Made by a program: the position numbers and the translations under genes. Below, in pieces: positions 61,976-64,000 of a stretch of DNA of 64,000 bases. Location: contig NC_134025.1 in the NCBI RefSeq assembly GCF_964204645.1, positions 15,004,001 to 15,068,000 on the forward strand, in the 5' to 3' direction. This DNA is from Tubulanus polymorphus. Lineage: Eukaryota; Animalia; Nemertea. The notes under the pieces were generated by a model. The model was not told the origin of the DNA. It searched no databases and saw only the letters and a program-made list of their open reading frames with translations. How positions within the stretch are numbered: the first letter of the stretch is position 1; each line of letters starts with the position of its first letter.

Positions 61976-63750
61976 GTGGGAGGTTGTCTGCAGCAGGCAG
62001 CAACCCACTGGTCCGACCTTTTCGAAGACGGTTGGCCCTCCCGGGACGTCTCTTGTGGCTACCGTCTCCGTTTCCCAAGGCGACCGCGCCTGACGAGGTC
62101 ACCTCCCGACATGCGGCCAAAACCAGGTCAGGAGACTCTAATCTCTCCGGCTTTCAAGGAATTGGCCGAGAAGGGAGTGATAGAACCAGTTTGCAACGAA
62201 ACTTCTCCCGGCTGGTTTTCTCGAATATTCATGGTACCAAAGGCCACAGGGGGTCAACGGACGGTGATAGATCTGTCATCCCTCAATCGGCACCTAGACA
62301 TTCCAAGGTTCCGGATGAACAAACCCAAGGACGTGATTCAAGGGCTCCGTCCGGGTCAATGGGCGGCTTCGTTGGACCTGAAAGATGCTTACTTTCAGGT
62401 TCCAATTCACCCAGATTCCAGCGATTTCTCAGGATAAAGTGGAAAGGCCGCCAGTTCCAATTCAGGTCTCTTCCATTTGGCCTCAGTACGGCCTTGTGGG
62501 TTTTCACCAAGTTGGCCAAGTCAGTTCAGAAGGTGCTTCAGTCAAGGGGTGTTCGACTGTTCGTTTACCTCGACGACTGGTTTATAGTCGCGAACTCCGC
62601 TCAAGAATGTCGGGATGCAATGACCTCATTCTTGGACTTAGTCCATCAGCTAGGGTTCCGCGTAAACAGGGAAAAAATCTCAGTTGACGCCGGCCCAACA
62701 GTTCACTTATCTCGGCATGGACTTCGATCTCCGAATCGGCAAAGTCTTTCCTCAATGGCTCGAGTAGCCAAACTTCAAGAAGCTGTAGCGGGAGTGTCCA
62801 CAACCCCAAGAACAGCTCGTTACTGGTCACGGCTTCTAGGTTCCATCAGCTCCATGGGTCTGGTGGTGCCCTTTGGCCGCCTCAGAAGCAGGCGCTTGCA
62901 ACAATATTGGAAGGTCTTCTGGTCTCGGTCGAAGGGCAACTGGGAGACCTTGATTCCCGTACCTCCAACCGATCTAAGTTCGGATCTTCATCGGTGGGCG
63001 GCAACTACGAATCTTCGGCGCGGGGTGTCACTAGCCCCGTTAGAGGCTCCAGTTCGTGTATTCACGGATGCCAGTCACCAAGGATGGGGGCACATCTGGA
63101 GAACCGAGTCAAAGCCGGGAGATAGTCTCGCTACGAGGCCACCAACCACATAAATTTCCTGGAAATGGTGGCCGTGTGGAAGGCCCTGAAGTTCTTTCAC
63201 AGGAGAGTGGAGGGCCACCACGTTTGGTTAGCCACAGACAATTCAACAGTGAGGGCTTACCTTCAGAACCAAGGGGCACACACTCAGAAATCCTCACGGA
63301 TCTGTCGGCCAAAATTCTTCTTTGGTGCCAGACAAAGGGCGTGTCCCTGACTGTGGCACGTTTAGCAGGGAAAAGGAACGATGATGGCCGATGCTCTTTC
63401 TCGTCGAGGTCAGGCTATTGCGACAGAATTGGTTCTCCACCAAGAAGTAGCCGATCGGGTTCGAGGCATGTTTGGCAATCCGCTGCTGGTTCTGTTTGCC
63501 ACCCGGTTCAATCGGAGGTGTCCTCTGTTTGTTTCCCCGTTTCCAGACGCAGAAGCGTGGGGGGTCGATGCCTTCTCTCTGGACTCGTCGGGGATGCATG
63601 CATGTTCCCGCCCACACCAGTCCTGCCGCGCTTGCTGGATCAGATAGAGAGATCAGTCAATTGCAACATAGTTCTGGTAGCACTATGTTGTCCGGCTCAG
63701 AAATGGTTCCTACCACTTCTCAACCTACTGTGCGACAACCCCCAGGATTC
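61976..63750 (+). pseudogene. DIRS pol: reverse transcriptase, RNase H and adenine-methyltransferase-like domain, frameshifted
   Basis: VGGCL..W, FSRIFMVPKATGGQRTVIDLSSLN, SLDLKDAYFQVPIHP, LPFGLSTA, YLDDW, VFTDAS..GWG, HINFLEM, TDNSTV, ADALSR, LFATRFN..DAF. Confidence 0.92.
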
Positions 63751-63839
63751 TTTCGAATTTCCCATCGCTTCTGTCTCAGGGGAACTTTCGGCATCATCCA
63801 AACAGCCAGTGGTTAAATCTGCTCGCCTGGCCAGTGTCC

Positions 63840-64000
63840 AGTGATCCTTGTCAGCTTCAGGCTTTTCAGAAAGACTTTATTTTTGCTGTTCTTGGCTTGC
63901 TCGGCCCGTCGCTCTTGAGATTCATGCGCTTTCAGTCCGACAAGTTCTGTTGTCTTCGGGCCAGCGAAGGAATTTGTTTCGCTGCGGCATGCTTTGGAGT
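63840..64000 (+). pseudogene. Heavily deleted tyrosine recombinase remnant
   Basis: RPVALEIHALSVRQVL resembles the YR RAHxxRA..S region; position after the MT domain as in DIRS. Confidence 0.35.

Larger units (their letters stand above)
38600..64000 (+). mobile_element. DIRS-like tyrosine-recombinase retrotransposon, decayed and interrupted by insertions at 39646-41189 and 41905-61506
   Basis: gag pieces 38894-39645, 41190-41904, 61507-61962; RT/RNase H/methyltransferase 61976-63750; YR remnant near window end; 5' boundary approximate. Confidence 0.8.

Overview
AT-rich animal (invertebrate-type) nuclear DNA dominated by nested mobile elements. One host C2H2 zinc-finger gene is split into two phase-compatible coding exons (4610-5346 and 32365-33727). 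Its ~27 kb intron holds Helentron/HINE-like repeats, CR1 fragments, ISL2EU-type (THAP-DDE plus SAP-SWIM-YqaJ) remnants and a full-length AcademX element carrying a nested MITE. From ~38.6 kb a decayed DIRS-type retrotransposon is interrupted by a 1.5 kb repeat-rich insert and by a ~19.6 kb endogenous Polinton/Maverick-like virus (41905-61506). The virus encodes pPolB, integrase, A32-type ATPase, major and minor capsid proteins and several membrane proteins, but no recognisable adenain protease, and it carries a P-like non-autonomous element. Two signals in the virus stand out. (1) 14 of 16 genes start at TAAATG, in two upstream classes that match poxvirus late and intermediate promoter architecture, suggesting a virophage-like dependence on a cytoplasmic poxvirus-like helper. 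(2) The intact right terminus is a ~410-nt fold-back whose arm differences are almost all G-T wobbles on the 3'-ended strand, suggesting hairpin self-priming. All family assignments come from motif recognition by eye, not database searches.
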